Source of the DNA: Botryllus schlosseri
Lineage: Eukaryota
NCBI GenBank assembly: GCA_051294905.1
Contig: CM119378.1
Span: forward strand, 4,404,001-4,468,000
Length of the DNA: 64,000 bases
Direction: 5' to 3'
Of this stretch, positions 49,629-63,826 are shown piece after piece (position 1 is the stretch's first letter; the number at the start of each line of letters is the position of its first letter). The position numbers and the translations under genes were made by a program. The notes beneath the pieces are model-generated. The model was given only the letters and a program-made list of their open reading frames with translations. It was not told the origin of the DNA and did not search any database.

Positions 49629-52451
49629 CTCTAATACTTGAAAAAATGAACATAACCATCAGAAGCTGTGTGTCAAGGCTTAAAAGAGGAAATGTTTGAA
49701 CCACCTGAAATCAGCGTCATTATATAGCACATATTCCATAAAAACTTGTACATTTTGACTTACGCAAATCGTCGCCGAGGCTACGTAAGACGCATTGCTG
49801 AGCGCGCGTATTTAATAATTCGACGCATTGATAACCGCACGATATCATCGGTTGGCCTACACAAGTGGTCGGGAACCTATGGGCTATGGCTCTTTGAGAA
49901 ATTGTTAATTTTATACCTTATTTTTCAATATTGCAGCAAATTGTTCGTACATTTTCAAGACGACGATAGGCTAATAACTCGAGGCAGCAAAAACATGTCT
50001 TTGAGAGGTCAAGACAGTGGGGTATCCGGGATTAGGGGTACATACCACCCTATTTTCAAAACCACCAAATTTAAGTTGCTGTCGCACCGGTGACTAACAC
50101 AGCTCGCGAATTCGATCTACCAACCATCGCGAGCTTAGAAATCTTGGATTGCACGATACCTTGATTGACGAAAGAAAATAGCAGGCATGGCGACACTTGT
50201 AGAACAATGCAGTATTCAAATACACAATGTCTTTCTGATCTCCACCGAGAAACAAAATGCCGTGGAAGTGACATTTACAATTTCAAACTCAAATTAAAAA
50301 CAACGCCATACCTATCCGTTTTCTTGATTGTATATTAGCTTTCTAGCAACGACGTAAACATGTAGTTGTAGATGTGTAACGCAACGTAACGTTACGCCGA
50401 ATATTTTAGGAGTCGATCAATACTTAGAGACCTTCAAAATCAGCGCGACAATTACATTTGATTAATATCAATGATAATAAATTCTAAGCTATTTACGATG
50501 AGTTGCGCTGTCACATGTGAGGCTTGGTCCGTCTGTGCCTCAACTGAGTCTTACCTCTCCTTTTGCGCTTTATTTTCGAACAAAAAATATGAAAATACCG
50601 AGATTTTGGGTTTAAAAATGTTCAAAATCCAGTCATTCATAAACATCGATAGAAGATACCATAACCATTGAAGGTTTCACAATTTTACTTCACTCATCCC
50701 CGACAACATCTGAGACACTGCCTCACTTGCCTCCCCTAACCGCACGACACTGACGTATCATACGGTGGGTAGGCTATATACTGCTGTAGTGACCATTTTT
50801 GGCTCCACCTACCCATGTGGGCAGAAAAATATGCCGCACACTACGAATCCCATGTACCAGTGCTACCAGTACGTCACTGACGTTCAATTGTGACGTAACA
50901 GGTGATTGACATGCATCGCTCTTTGGGAGTTACAATTCGAAATATTGGGCCTATATGGCTCTTCGGCCGAAAAAGGTTCCCGACCACTGCTATATAACGA
51001 CACATATTTTTTTAATAAATACCATCCTTCAGTGGACTCTTTGTCAATTCAAATACATAATTCATAGAGTTAAGGCCAATGATACCATAGCAATCTCAAG
51101 CAAAATAGTTGGACAAACTAGTCATGCCACAACGGAAACACGCCTACACATACACAAAAGCTGTATTCAATAATTACGTCTGATGTTTTTATAATGAGCT
51201 ATTTGTCAAAATTTCGATTTATGGACAATGTGTATACTCTCAAATTTGTAAGTTTGTGCTTAAATCGAAACGTGATTTCATGACAACATTTGAGGTTATA
51301 TTTATTCTATTTCCTCGACGGTTGTGACCAAGCATTCTTTTTTGGCTTGCTGTAGCTTTAGATTATATTACACAGCAAGAAAAGTTGTAACATTCAAGTT
51401 TTTGAGCGTATGTCTCATGTCTCCAGGTCGTGTTCATTTCGACCCACCAGGTGGGGCCCGATGATACGTTCGAGCAACAAATTTTGAACGTTCGTAAATA
51501 TTTTTTGAATTGGTGGATATATTCATGTATGTATTTCCGGTAGGTAGAGCTTGTAACAAAGTGTTGAGCCAGCAAAAGATCTGCTCTTATCGGCTGAAGA
51601 TTTAGGGGCCAGAGATCATCTTGCAATTCTTGATCCATCGGTACCACATCTCCCCTTTATCTTACAGGATTACCGTACGTCCTCCTTTAGGAGATTTGTC
51701 CTCCTTTGCAGCTTTTAGAGCTAAGATTCATTGGTTTTAACGAAAGTGACGACCTTTTTTTATTCAACCAACGTAAAGTGTGAACGAAAAACTGTATTTT
51801 TGGAGTCGACCCGGTAAGTTGACCTTTTTTTTAGTCAACCAACCACAAAGTATTTACCACTATCCCGATTCCAAAATATAGTAACCCTATCAAAGGACGT
51901 TCCTACATTTTCGCCCCCCCCCAGTCGCCCCCTTTGGTTTCTGCGCCCCTTCTTTCTCAAAATCGCCCACGTTGGGAACCACTGGGTTAGGATCTCGACC
52001 CTCTTTTTTTAAATCCTAAAATTTAAGTTGCTGTCGTGCAGGCGACCGATATCATTCGCGAATTCGAAATCGCGGATTACACCATATGTTGATTGATCAA
52101 AGAGCAGACATGGCGACGCTTGTATGACAATGCAGTTTTGAAATGAACATTGTCCACGGCGAGAAATAAATTGCATTGGAAGTGGAAGTGACATTCACAA
52201 TCAAAATGACAAATTGAAATTACAAACAACGCCATAGCTCTCCCTGTTATTCATTGGTGATTAGATTCCTTGTACCGCCGGTAAAATGTTGGCGTTATGT
52301 TGCCGCCAAATACTTCGCTTATTATTGAGAAGTCGATCAATATTTAGATTTCCGGAATCGGTGCGACAATTGCATTCGATTAATATCAGTTATTATGAAT
52401 TCGATCAATTGCGGAATTACAGGTCAGGCTCGTGTCTCACTTGTGCTATAC

Positions 52452-52975
52452 CTCTCCTTCAATCCATACTCATGAATGTACGTCGATGCGTCCGCATACT
52501 TCAACTGCATGAAATCATCCCTACTACCCACAGCAACGAAATATAAGCGAGACTACATTTCTATTAGATCCACAACACTCCTATTAGAGTGGGTTGAAGC
52601 CAATTGCGGGAAAAAGACACAGTTTCCAACTGAAAAAAACACTCAACATGTGCTTGAAACAAATTAGTTTAACCCTGTCCAGTTACAGAATATCGGCACA
52701 GCCTAACACTGCACCGAAATTTTCAATCGTGACTGACCAGGTGAGCAGTGGCCAGTGTACATATATTCGACGGCCTCTTTCATTGCGTATAGCTCTACAT
52801 TTTTCATTTCCACTTTACCTTGCTCTGTTTCTTCAAAATTCTCATTCAACAGCGAAGCGGAACAAGTCTGAAAATGAAATCAGAAGCCTACTACGTGGAA
52901 TACGGTGTCATTAACATGTATGAAGAAGTCAAACGTTAGGTTATCCGTGCGAAGACTTCATACAGAAGCCAGCAG
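52452..52975 (-). pseudogene. Truncated BTB-BACK (kelch-like) pseudogene, paralogue of the 42856-44888 gene
   Basis: Minus strand reads LRTDNLTFDFFIHVNDTVF, LISFSDLFR, NFEETEQGKVEMKNV..AMKEAVEYMYTG, CADIL*LD, DDFMQLKY..YIHEYG, with several stops and frameshifts. Confidence 0.85.
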
Positions 52976-54003
52976 AGTGTATCTACATGTTCAGTTCTTT
53001 GTGGACTGACTGAGACAGTGGAAATGAATTCGCATCACCATCACCACCTGCCTATCCGGATACTCCACCCCCGAGCAAGGAGTTTAAACGATCCACAGTA
53101 AGAAACAACATACCATAAAACAAAATGTAGCGAGGCATTAATCAACATTATGAGAAAATCTGTCTCCTCAAGTGTCTTTCAGAACCGTTAGCGCGAATTT
53201 GGCACCGAAAGGAAGTAAAGCTAAGGTAGACTACATAAACATGACTGATGATGAATAATGAGTGTGGGTGACTGATGATGAATGAGCGACTCATATTTCC
53301 TTTTATACCTATATAGATCATGCTTTAAACTTATATCAATCTCAATAGAGCAATATCTTTTCGGAAGACAATCGATGTTGCTTGAATCCATAGGCTACCG
53401 CTATTATTCATTTCATATAGAAATCACTCCATTTGACATTGGCTATTGGTCTACCAGAATTCTCTATATTTGTCACGTATACTAGTTTCATGTAACATGT
53501 TAATGGATGACTTTAATCCAATCACTGTGAGTGATTCACCTGCGGTAACAAGTTATTGTTTGTTTCCCCGGCATAAAACTATGATGCACTTATATAAATA
53601 ACATGTTTATAATAATACATGAACTGTTACTTTCACATTCCCGGTGGCATCGGCACTGAAACCGTCAGATTGGAGCACCTAGTCCACATCGTTTGCAATT
53701 AATATTCATTCTATAGTCTGGCTCTGCAAGATTGTTCCCTATATTTTTATTTGTATTTGTATTGTGTGCATACTGAACAAAACACACTTTTATTGATATG
53801 CGCTTTTAATTGTAATAATCGTCGGATTATAAATTTTCATCCGCTCAACACACGAACCATGTGCAATGCGACACACAAGACAAAATGAGATGTTTTTGTT
53901 CATATCTTTTAATAGTTTTGCTATCTTGTGATGTTTTTGAACTGATGAATTTGTTGGAAGCTCCGGTAGTTTCTTCATTTCTCCTGTGTTCAAGACACTA
54001 GAT

Positions 54004-54660
54004 CAGTGGTTAATAACCTTTTTGTCTTCGCGGACCGCTTTTGGACTGTCACGGATCCCCGCGGACCCCTTCGGTTTGTGTTGAAAATGAGCTCAAGTAT
54101 CGTGCAGCCGTCAACTGTTTTGTGCAAATAGTAAATGTTGGCTAGTGATCAGACTCAGAGGTGGTCAAAGTAGTCACCGACGCTACTCAAGTAGAAGTAG
54201 AAGTAACGCTGGAATTTCTACTCGAGTAGAAGTAACAGTAGTGCTTCACAAGTAAGTAAGTAAGTAGGTATTCTACGCTTATTTTTACGTACAAAACTGA
54301 AAACTGTCAAGTAGAAGTAGTCTAAAATCATAACTACTTAAAAAGTAGTGAGAGTAGGCAAAATCTACTTTAATTACTTCAAAAAGTACAAGTACTTCGT
54401 TACTGACCACCTCTGCTAGTGATAAACAGCCACAAAATGACTTTTCTTGAAAATAACAGCACACTATATATTTAAAATTTGGTGGACTTTTATTATTTCT
54501 AAGGTAATTTTACAGTTGTATTTAGTGTCGATAAAATTTGCGTATTCGATTAGTAGGTTAACAAGCATTTTACAAATTTAGAGGGTTCGTGGACCTCCTG
54601 AAAATGCTTCACGGACCCCCCCCCCCCAGGGGTCCGCGGATCCCCGGTTGAGAACCACCA
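54004..54660. mobile_element. hAT-type MITE with nested AGTA-rich element (about 54150-54415)
   Basis: TSD CACTAGAT; inner element CAGAGGTGGTCA / TGACCACCTCTG flanked by CTAGTGAT. Confidence 0.75.
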
Positions 54661-55717
54661 CACTAGATGGTTTGAAAATGGTGACGATAAGCTCCTACCG
54701 CCCAAGCGTCTTGGGTTCGATTCTCATAGGTGGCAAAAGTAGTCAGGAAAGCTAATAAAGTAGAAGTAGCCACGAAAAAAATCTACGCAATACGAGTAGA
54801 AGTACTTCTTTCGTAAGCAACCTAAAAGTAATTGAAGTAGAATTGACTGACTTTAAATCTAGTCAAGTAAATAAAGTAGCTGTGAAAACGATCGTAATTC
54901 GTTAGGATGGACTGTCAAAAGCTGCAAATTGAGCTATGCAAAAGGTGCAAAGGTTGATTCATATTGCTGCATACCAGGAGGTATCTAATTTTCCACACTT
55001 TCAGCATTCGTTCGCCTCATGGGATGAAAAAGATAGTATTGATATGAAAATGCGATACTAATCCTCTGTTTACTCGAACAGCCCGCTTTGGAAAATATCA
55101 TGGTATGGCGTCCTCCCCCATATAATAAGGCCCGTAGTTTAATCGAAGAGCAATACGAAGAAGTTGTATTGGGTATGGTGTCAACATTTTGCGCGATTAG
55201 TAAACGTTAGTAAAAAAAAGATGGATCGTGAAAAGGCCATGTGCAGCTTTATTTCCGGAAATTAAAGGCATTACTACACTTACTTTTATACTTCAACATG
55301 TATGTTCTCCAGACAATATAACTGAAACTAATTAAAACTCAAAGTGTGATACTGGGAATTGAAAAAGAAACATAAATACTAAATAAATATAAATAAATAA
55401 AAGCGGAAAATGTATTTCATGTCTTTAGTCCAGAAAGTTTCAAATGTGGTATGCTAAAACAGGTCTTTTCCAGAATAGGACACGCCATGGTCTGCTAGAT
55501 TACGATATGATAAGTAAATGCTAGATTGCGAAACATCAATTTCATACGTTATGATGGGCCATATATACTGTGATGAAATATTTCATATGGGCGTCAATGC
55601 GATGTGAACGGAACCACGCAACCCGCTACCTAAATTATATTCACCGATACTTTCGTGAAATCATACTGGTCACTCCATATCCACTGTGCGCGAAACGCGA
55701 CGAAAATACTGAGTCCC

Positions 55718-55912
55718 AGAGTAACACCACATTTTCACTTGGAAATCCATCGTTTCCTAGAGTAACAAACCATTTTCGTTTGGAAATAAATTCTTTCCTA
55801 GAGTAACAAACCATTTTTCTTTGGAAATATATTTTTTCCTATAGAGTAACAAACCTTTTTCCTTTGGAAAGCTATTTTTTCTCTGAGTAAAAATACCATT
55901 TTTGTTTTGAAA
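55718..55912. repeat. About 41-bp tandem repeat x5 (GAGTAACAAACCATTTT..TTGGAAA)
   Basis: Direct inspection. Confidence 0.8.
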
Positions 55913-56446
55913 TCTGACAACTACACCCGACAATTTGATATTTTTGTATATTGTTTACAACGGATAGTGACAAAATATACACCAACAACGACTCCGATAC
56001 ATTTGCGTAATCACATATTCACTTGTTATGGTTCACCCTATCAAAATCATCGGTTAGCCACATACACAATCACAATGCGCTGTTTCGATGTTACTGCGAT
56101 GTCCGGGTACGTGCTTTGGATTTTCAAGAATCCATCTGTCTAAAGTTGTAATCCCCTCGACTTTGTTAACTGGTTGATACATGGATAACAATCTTCAGAA
56201 AATGTATGAATACGTGCTACCCACCGCGCTAACGATTCCGGGTTACTTGTGATTAATTTTCTTGTTCACACTGTACAGAAGATAGGTACAGGGATGTGTA
56301 GTGTTAATCTTTTTTGGTCTATGCATATTGCTCTATTCAGTATGAAATTACAAATCCAATACATGCCAGTTCATAACCGGATCCGGATATTTAACACAAA
56401 GCGATAAAGCAGAACCAATGACCAAATGCAATTAAACATGTTAGAA

Positions 56447-58022
56447 CAGGGGTGGGCAAACTTTTGAGCTCGCGGGCCGCATTCAACATCTAAATTCATT
56501 TGCGGGCCGCATTATACAAAATTGAGATTATATAGTGAGGACATGGAGATAATATATGTTCCTATTCAAAACAAAACAAACACTGCTTTGATGATATCGT
56601 ACACACGTCAGAAACATGGCGAGATTTCATTGGCTGGTCGACCTCAATAACCAATTTGTCAAAACTATATAGATGAAAATCGGTTGTCCCGATTCTTAGA
56701 ACAGGATTGAAATTTAAATCTATGAGCAGCGATCTGTTCATAGATTTACTAATTCCACTTTTGGTTCAGTTCCAGGACACACAATACTCACAGCATCATA
56801 ACCATGTTAGCTTCAAACACGCATCTACGATGTGTGGATAAAATATAAATACCCCAATTCCACGCATACAGAGAACGAATCTACCTAAGACACGCGTAAA
56901 TCGTTTGTATAAGCACATCACTGAAATAATTAAAACTGAAGTGGCCAATATGAAATCCCACTCGTTATCCGAGTTATACATCAATCTCGTTTAGGATTTC
57001 TGTGATGTTTAGTATATAGTTGAAACCTTTCAAACTGCGTGGGCCTTGAGAGCGGGCTGTCGCGCCAGAAATTAAACATAAAGTAAGGAAGTATTTACCT
57101 TAAACAGTGGCGCTCAAACTTTTTGAGACACGCTCCCCCCCTTACGATGGTGAAAAATTTCGCGCCACCCTTATCTAGGCTTACCATATTTTGAAAATGT
57201 AAAAAGAGGACACTTTTTCAGAAATTTGCAAGATGCAAAACCGGAGTAGAATTCTCAAAAACCGGTGAATTTTTCCCACTTTGTGATCGGTTGACTAAAA
57301 AAAAAAGGTCATCACTTCCGCTCAAAGCTCAAAATACCGTTTTTCTCTCCACATTGCCAGGTGGATAACTAAAAAAAAATAAAAAAAAAAAGGTCATCTT
57401 CTCGCTCAGAGCTAAATTCACCGGTTTTCACTCCGAAATGTCCGCCGGAGCGTCACTTCAGTGCTAATTTGCGGCATATCACTCGCAATTTGCTCTAAAT
57501 CTGACCTAAATTTTCAAAAAAGAGGACAAAATCTCAAAAAAAAAGGACAAAAGGGCGTCCTCCGAGGACACTTTCAAAAAAGTCAAAAAAGAGGACAAAT
57601 CCTCTTAAAAGAGGACGTATGGTAAGCCTACCCTTATCGTCATATCACAAAACGCAACTATAGGGTGCTAGCAAACCTAACAGATAGTTAGATGGCACGG
57701 AAGGTTACGAATGTGGATCAGGAATTGTTCAATATTAAATTTAGACTAAATACACAGCAATAATCATGACGTGAATGAGAATCGCGCGGAGCGCGCAAAA
57801 TTTTTTCAGTGGAGGGGGGCGCACCCCAGTTTTAGAACCACTGTCTTCGAATTATCATGGTGAAATATACTAAGAAAAAGTTTATTGAAGTCCCTGCATT
57901 AATTCGATTTTTAATGCGGATTTTAATAATATTTAAAAAAAGTTTCTTTAGACTCTCGCGGGCCGCACAGAACGGTGTGGCGGGCCGCATGCGGCCCGCG
58001 GGCCGTAGTTTGCCCACCCCTG
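56447..58022. mobile_element. hAT-type MITE (CAGGGGTGGGCAAAC family) containing two nested elements
   Basis: TIR CAGGGGTGGGCAAAC / GTTTGCCCACCCCTG; TSD TGTTAGAA. Confidence 0.88.
57176..57630. mobile_element. hAT-type MITE nested in a CAGTGG-family MITE (57105-57843)
   Basis: TIR TAGGCTTACCATA; TSD CCCTTATC. Confidence 0.85.
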
Positions 58023-59251
58023 TGTTAGAATGTAGATTCACAATCTTTGTTTTGTTTCCGTGAAAAATGACCGAATATACTTTACTATTGTTCACCCCTA
58101 TCAAGTATTGGCGTAAATGAGTTGTGTGACATTACGTACAACGTGTCGGTGTACAAATGTTGGGAGTTTATGCGGGCCTCGATATGATCCGTAGACAACA
58201 TCATCATACCCTCCAGGACTTCGTTATTGTATCGCGAGACCAATAAAATCGATTTTGTATATACAGTCAGGGAATATATGACGGAAGACTTGGAGATCCA
58301 ATGCAAAATACATACACACAAACGCCAAACGGTCATATTTCCATCTTGATTATTCACTCAACTACCATTGGTGTTATCGATACAGTGAACGGTACAATAA
58401 GCATATCAATAGAGTGGTGTATCAACGGACAAATATGGGAACCGCCAATATGTACTTCAGCATTGTGGCATTATGTGGCCCGAGTCGCCGTTGGGTATCG
58501 TGTACATTAATATAGGCTATCACTTCATTGAAAGATAGCTAGGTTTGGAATTAGCAACATGACGTCACGTGGTTCACGATTGCAATCACACAGAACCTTT
58601 CAAAAAGGTTCGCGTGCACACGAACCTGAACCTTTCAGAGGTTCACATCATCCCTACTATCTACCTGATCGGAGGATTAAACTACTTCTACTTGACAAAC
58701 TGAAAATAGTGAAAAGTTAGTAAGTAAATCACAAGATATTACGAATCAGAAGTAGCGGAAAATTTGATCTACTCAAGTAAGTACTCAAGTAGCTTTCAAG
58801 TAGAAGAATTCGTTACTGACTACTTCTTATTATGCGTTTTCTTTGGGTTTTCGTTGTGTCTGTCGACTACTATGATATTGCGAGGAGGAGCCTAGGTAAA
58901 CCTCCAACACTTAAGTATAGCAATCCAGAAGTCTTTCAAGGTCGTATCGATCATTCCTATCTGATACCGAATACTGTGCATGCATATTTTCTATACAACA
59001 ATCATTGCTGTCAATTTGCTATGTATTTTGGTTGGATGAAAAAATTATGACAATCTCACTCTCTTTCAACGCGTTGGTGAAAGAGGTTCTCAATACATCT
59101 TACGGCGTGAATCTGAATCTCCCATTTAGAAACGCTAACATCTTGTGAATTAATGTGATCATGACGCTGAATTTAGAATAACATTATGACATTCCAAAGC
59201 CAAAACTCATTCTTGATCCGTAAACATCTTTAACCATGGTCAATAAAATAA

Positions 59252-62200
59252 GGCCCCGTGGATATACTCAGATATCGCAGGTATCGCAGATATCGCAGAT
59301 ATCACTACTGTGGATATACTAAGATATCGCAGATATCATTGTGGATATACTCAGATATCGCAGATATCACCAAAAACCGCAGACATAGAGTTCATATAAA
59401 GGTCCCGCTTCGTTTAGAGCGCAGATATCACGTCTTAAGAATGTCTAGGTCGATTCAGTGCGCAGATATCAGGTCCGGACCATACCTGGGCTCTTTTGGT
59501 GCGCAGATATCAGCTCCGGAGCATGTCCGAATACAAATAGTGCGCAGATATCAGGTCCGGACCATACCTAGGCTCTTTTGGTGTGCAGATATCAGCTCCG
59601 GAGCATGTCCGGATACAAATGGTGCGCAGATATCAGCTCCGGAGCATGTCCGGATACAAGTGGTGCGCAGATATCAGCACCTATATGAGCATTGAACATA
59701 TAATGCCTTAACCAGTGCGCAGATATCAGGTTTGGCGTCTTTTTCATGCGCAGATGTTAGCTTCGGAGCATGTCCGGATACAAATAGAGCGTTGCGACGG
59801 TCAACTTAATCGAATACGCAGGTAGGCCTAGTCGACAAACATGGTAAATACTGTTTAAACAGCTAAATGAGAAACTCCGACCATCTGCGCTTTGTTCGGC
59901 TCACGCATTAGCACGAAATCCGAGCCGTGTCGAATTCTTCGGGAATAATTGGTAGACAATCCGAGAATTATCAACGAAAAACTCAAATAACTCCGCTTCT
60001 ACTAGTTGGAATTGATTCAAATTTGTTTTGCATCGTCTTTGAAGAAAATTCAACAATTTCGGGGGGTTGACAGGAAAATTTGAAATTTTTTCAAACATTT
60101 TTTCTAATAAATTAAAAATTTAAATTGGCTCTGCGGTGGCTTATACTTGTTAGAATTGAACCAAATTTGGCGTGCAGCGTTTTCTAGGGTAACCTGACAA
60201 TTTAATCAGTGAATGGCTGGAATCTGGAAAAAAAAGTTAATTTTGAACGACACTGTACTCATGACACACAAAACCTGAAAGTACCTCAGATTTAAACCGC
60301 GGTATAAAAACAGTAGCCTAGCCTACAACATTTTAATCCAAATTCTGCATGCTCGTAGTAACATAGAATGGTATGCACGTATGGGCACGTAGGATTTATG
60401 ACCGTTATATAATTCTTAGTTAGGTTTTGTTTTCTTGTACCACTCTTCTCCGCCCTTCGGGTGTGAATACACACTCTTTTCGCAAGGAGTGTGGGGCTAT
60501 TTGAACATTTATCATGACAATTATTCTTATAAGCGTGATAGAAACATGTGCCAATACTACTCTCTACTTTACAAAATCCAAAGTGTAAAAAATATTATTA
60601 TTTCCCTAAAAATTTTTCCAGTAGAATTGGATGTAGTACAAAGATATATAACCACTAGAGCAGGGGTGTGAAACATACGACCAGACGATTTTATCCGGCC
60701 CGCGAAAAAATTTCGAGTTGTTGGAAAAATGCTTGTCCTGCATATTTCTAACAAATGTTCCGATTTTTAGTCCGTGAAACTTCTATTAAATAATCCCTCA
60801 ATGCAACAAAGGTCAAATATGTGCATAGGCCACATTTTAACTATTATTTTGTGGTTTCACTCTATCAGTATTAGCAAAAATTCGGTGACATTGACACGCA
60901 ATTCCGGGAGCCAAAATGGAGAACACTGAGTTCAGAGTTTTATGGAAAAAATTGACCTAGAATTAGTTATTCACAGAAGCGAAAAGGCCAATGTGAAATC
61001 GTTGCATGCATGAATATATGGAGAATATAGTAGGTACAAAAATGTAATTCAAATATCTGCGTTCGCACTACTGTATCACTTCTGACTGAAAAGCTTCCCG
61101 ACCACCAGAGGAAAACGAATCGCGATTTGAATGAACCGAATTCCAACGGCCACGTCTACAGTTAAATCTCTTGTATTCCTCCCAACGCATACGCAGAGTT
61201 AACGCCAGATTACGACTGAAACAAGGGGATCATAGAAATATGCTTATAACGTCGTAAGAGCCCCTGTTTTAGCGATTTGTAACTATATTCAACCAGTCAA
61301 TATTTGTATTTTTGCAAATTCCATTGTCTGCGAATAAACGTGTCGCTGAAATAGAACCCCTAATCCCCTATGTTCTGAAGGTTTGAATGCGGCCCGCGAA
61401 ACAACTTGAGTTTGACACCCCTGCACTAGAGTAGCCTAAGTGATGCAAGCAGGCAAAATCTGCCTGAGGACTCCAAAATAACTGTAAGTGATCTGTTACT
61501 GGTCAGCTTTGACCAGTAACCAGGCCTGACCATTTCCATCCAGACATGATGTGGAGTTGATATCGACCAAAGAAATACGGTCAGGCATGGTCCAAACCTA
61601 ACATCTGCGCAATATTTGTATCCAGACATATACTCCGGGTCTGATATCTTCGTATCGCTTGGCGTCAGATATGCTGCGGACCTGATATATATGCAGGAAA
61701 CAGCACCAGGTATGGTCTAGACCTGATATCTGCGCACTATTTGTATTCGGACATGCTCCGGAGCTGATATCTGTGCACCAAAAGAATCCAGGTATGGTCC
61801 AGACCTGATATCTGCGCACTACTTGTATTCGGACATGCTCCGGAGCAGATATCTGCGCCCGAAATTCCCCCAGGCATGGTCCGGACCTGATATCTGCGCA
61901 CCAAAAGAATCCAACTATGGTCCAGACCTGATATCTGCGCACTATTTGTATTCGGACATGCTCCGGAGCTGATATCTGCGCACTAAAAGAATCCAGGTAT
62001 GGTCCAGACCTGATATCTGCGCACTATTTGTATTCGGACATGCTCCGGAGCTGATATCTGCGCACCAAAAGAGCCCAGGTATGGTCCAGACCTGATATCT
62101 GCGCACTATTTGTATTCGGACATGATCCGGAGCTGATATCTGCGCACCAAAAGAGCCCAGGTATGGTCCAGACCTGATATCTGCGCACTATTTGCATTCG

Positions 62201-62658
62201 GACATGCTCCGGAGCTGATATCTGCGCACCAAAAGAATCCAGGTATGGTCCAGACCTGATATCTGCGCACTATTTGTATTCGGACATGCTCCGGAGCTGA
62301 TATCTGCGCACCAAAAGAGCCCAAGTATGGTCCGGACCTGATATCTGCGCACTATTTGTATTCGGACATGCTCCGGAGCTGATATATGCGCACCAAAAGA
62401 GCCCAGGTATGGTCCAGACCTGATATCTGCGCACTGAATCGACCTAGACATACTTAAGACGTGATATCTGCGCTCTAAGCGAAGTGTGACCTTTATATGA
62501 CCTCGATGTCTGCGGTTTTTGGTGATATATATATATATGGCGATATCTGAGTATATCCACAATGATATCTGCGATATCTGAGTATATCCACAGTAGTGAT
62601 ATCTGCGATATCTGCGATACCTGCGATATCTTCGATATCTGAGTATATCCACGGGGCC
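59252..62658. mobile_element. Foldback (Mutator-superfamily) element with modular, tandem-repeat TIR arms
   Basis: Ends GGCCCCGTGGATATACTCAG / CTGAGTATATCCACGGGGCC and 9-bp TSD ATAAAATAA. Arms at about 59252-59785 and 61545-62658 are built from 9-bp and 82-bp (2x41) tandem units. Confidence 0.88.
60661..61423. mobile_element. hAT-type MITE inside the Foldback loop
   Basis: TIR CAGGGGTGT; TSD CACTAGAG. Confidence 0.85.
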
Positions 62659-63281
62659 ATAAAATAATGACATGGGGGATTGAGCGTATCTGATGAGGGA
62701 AATATATCACAATCCTGTCTTAATGATGGCGGCCAAAATTTTTTTTTCGTTTTTTCTTCAATGTAAGACTACATCATTTTTAGAGCGCAGTGCCCCTTCA
62801 ACATTCGTATAATCATATCTATCCTAATACGTATTCCCAATCAATCCAGCGAACTCAATACATACACTATAGCAGTGGTTCCCAACCTTTTTCATCTCGT
62901 GCCTCCCTTGGCCGAAATTTTAGCCAAAATTCCCCCCTTAGGATAAATCTGCCCGATGATTAAAAATGGTCATTTTTACCGCGCAAACACCTGTTGACTA
63001 AGAGAATAAGACGGGCGGTACCGAGTGTTTGTTTCTAGCAGTGCTGTAATAACACTTTGTAGACCTACAAAAACCATGGTCTTGGTCCCAATCACACAAA
63101 TTCTGGAAGGCTTGACTCAACAGACCCCCACACTTCCATTTGTGTTTTCGGCTTACCATGCACCAATCGCTAATATAACTGCTGTGAAAAATCAGTATCC
63201 ACAAATTTACTGGTCTCGCGATTTTTTTTTCTCAAGTTTGCGCATGCATTTGGCCAACAATAGAGGTACGTTGATATATAG

Positions 63282-63826
63282 CAGGGTTGACCAGACTCGC
63301 GTTTGACTCGGGTCACCGTTTTCTGATAACTCGACTTGACTCGAGCCATTTTCTCAAAATACGGAAACGAAACGACTCGACTCGACTCGAGACAATCTGG
63401 GTATTGACTCGACTTGGACTGTAGTCATTGTGCATGACTCGAACCAAGTCATATGACTCAAGACTATAAAACGGCCAAAACCGACTGGTCATTGTAATTT
63501 CGAAGAACAGTAAAGTGACCACCCTGTTGGAAGTTCGTCTATTGATCCTGGTACTTGACAATGCGACAAGAAACTGCTCAAAGTGAGGAAAATTAGTATA
63601 TCATAAATCCAAATCATTCAATATCACCAAACAGTGTTGACTTGAGTGTGACTTGGACTCGTACTCGAGTCATAATACCATGATTCGGACTCGACCGTCT
63701 GCTCGGTGACTTGGACTTGGACTTGACTCAATGGTGAATTGAAAATGACTCGACTTGACTCGAGTCAAAACTATGAGAGTGAGATTGACTTGTGACTCGG
63801 AGCCTCTTGACTGGGTTACAGCCCTG
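63282..63826. mobile_element. GACTCGAGTC-rich MITE
   Basis: CAGGGTTG / CAGCCCTG ends; TSD ATATATAG / ATATATAA. Confidence 0.8.

Noticed and set aside
53290..53995. Kelch-like peptide scraps on - (NTGEMKKLPELP, LVTAGESLTVIG)
   Set aside because: Too fragmentary to support; may be chance or SINE-derived.
54665..54740. tRNA B-box-like GGGTTCGATTCTC
   Set aside because: No cloverleaf; at most a degraded tRNA-derived SINE head.
61690..62435. CRISPR-like array (constant CTGATATCTGCGCAC with intervening segments)
   Set aside because: The 'spacers' are two alternating repeated sequences, there are no cas genes, the context is eukaryotic, and the array is the arm of a Foldback element.
59258..62673. 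Repetitive ORFs of 114-161 aa (RRYQV../AQISAPEH..)
   Set aside because: Translations of tandem repeats with no domain signal.
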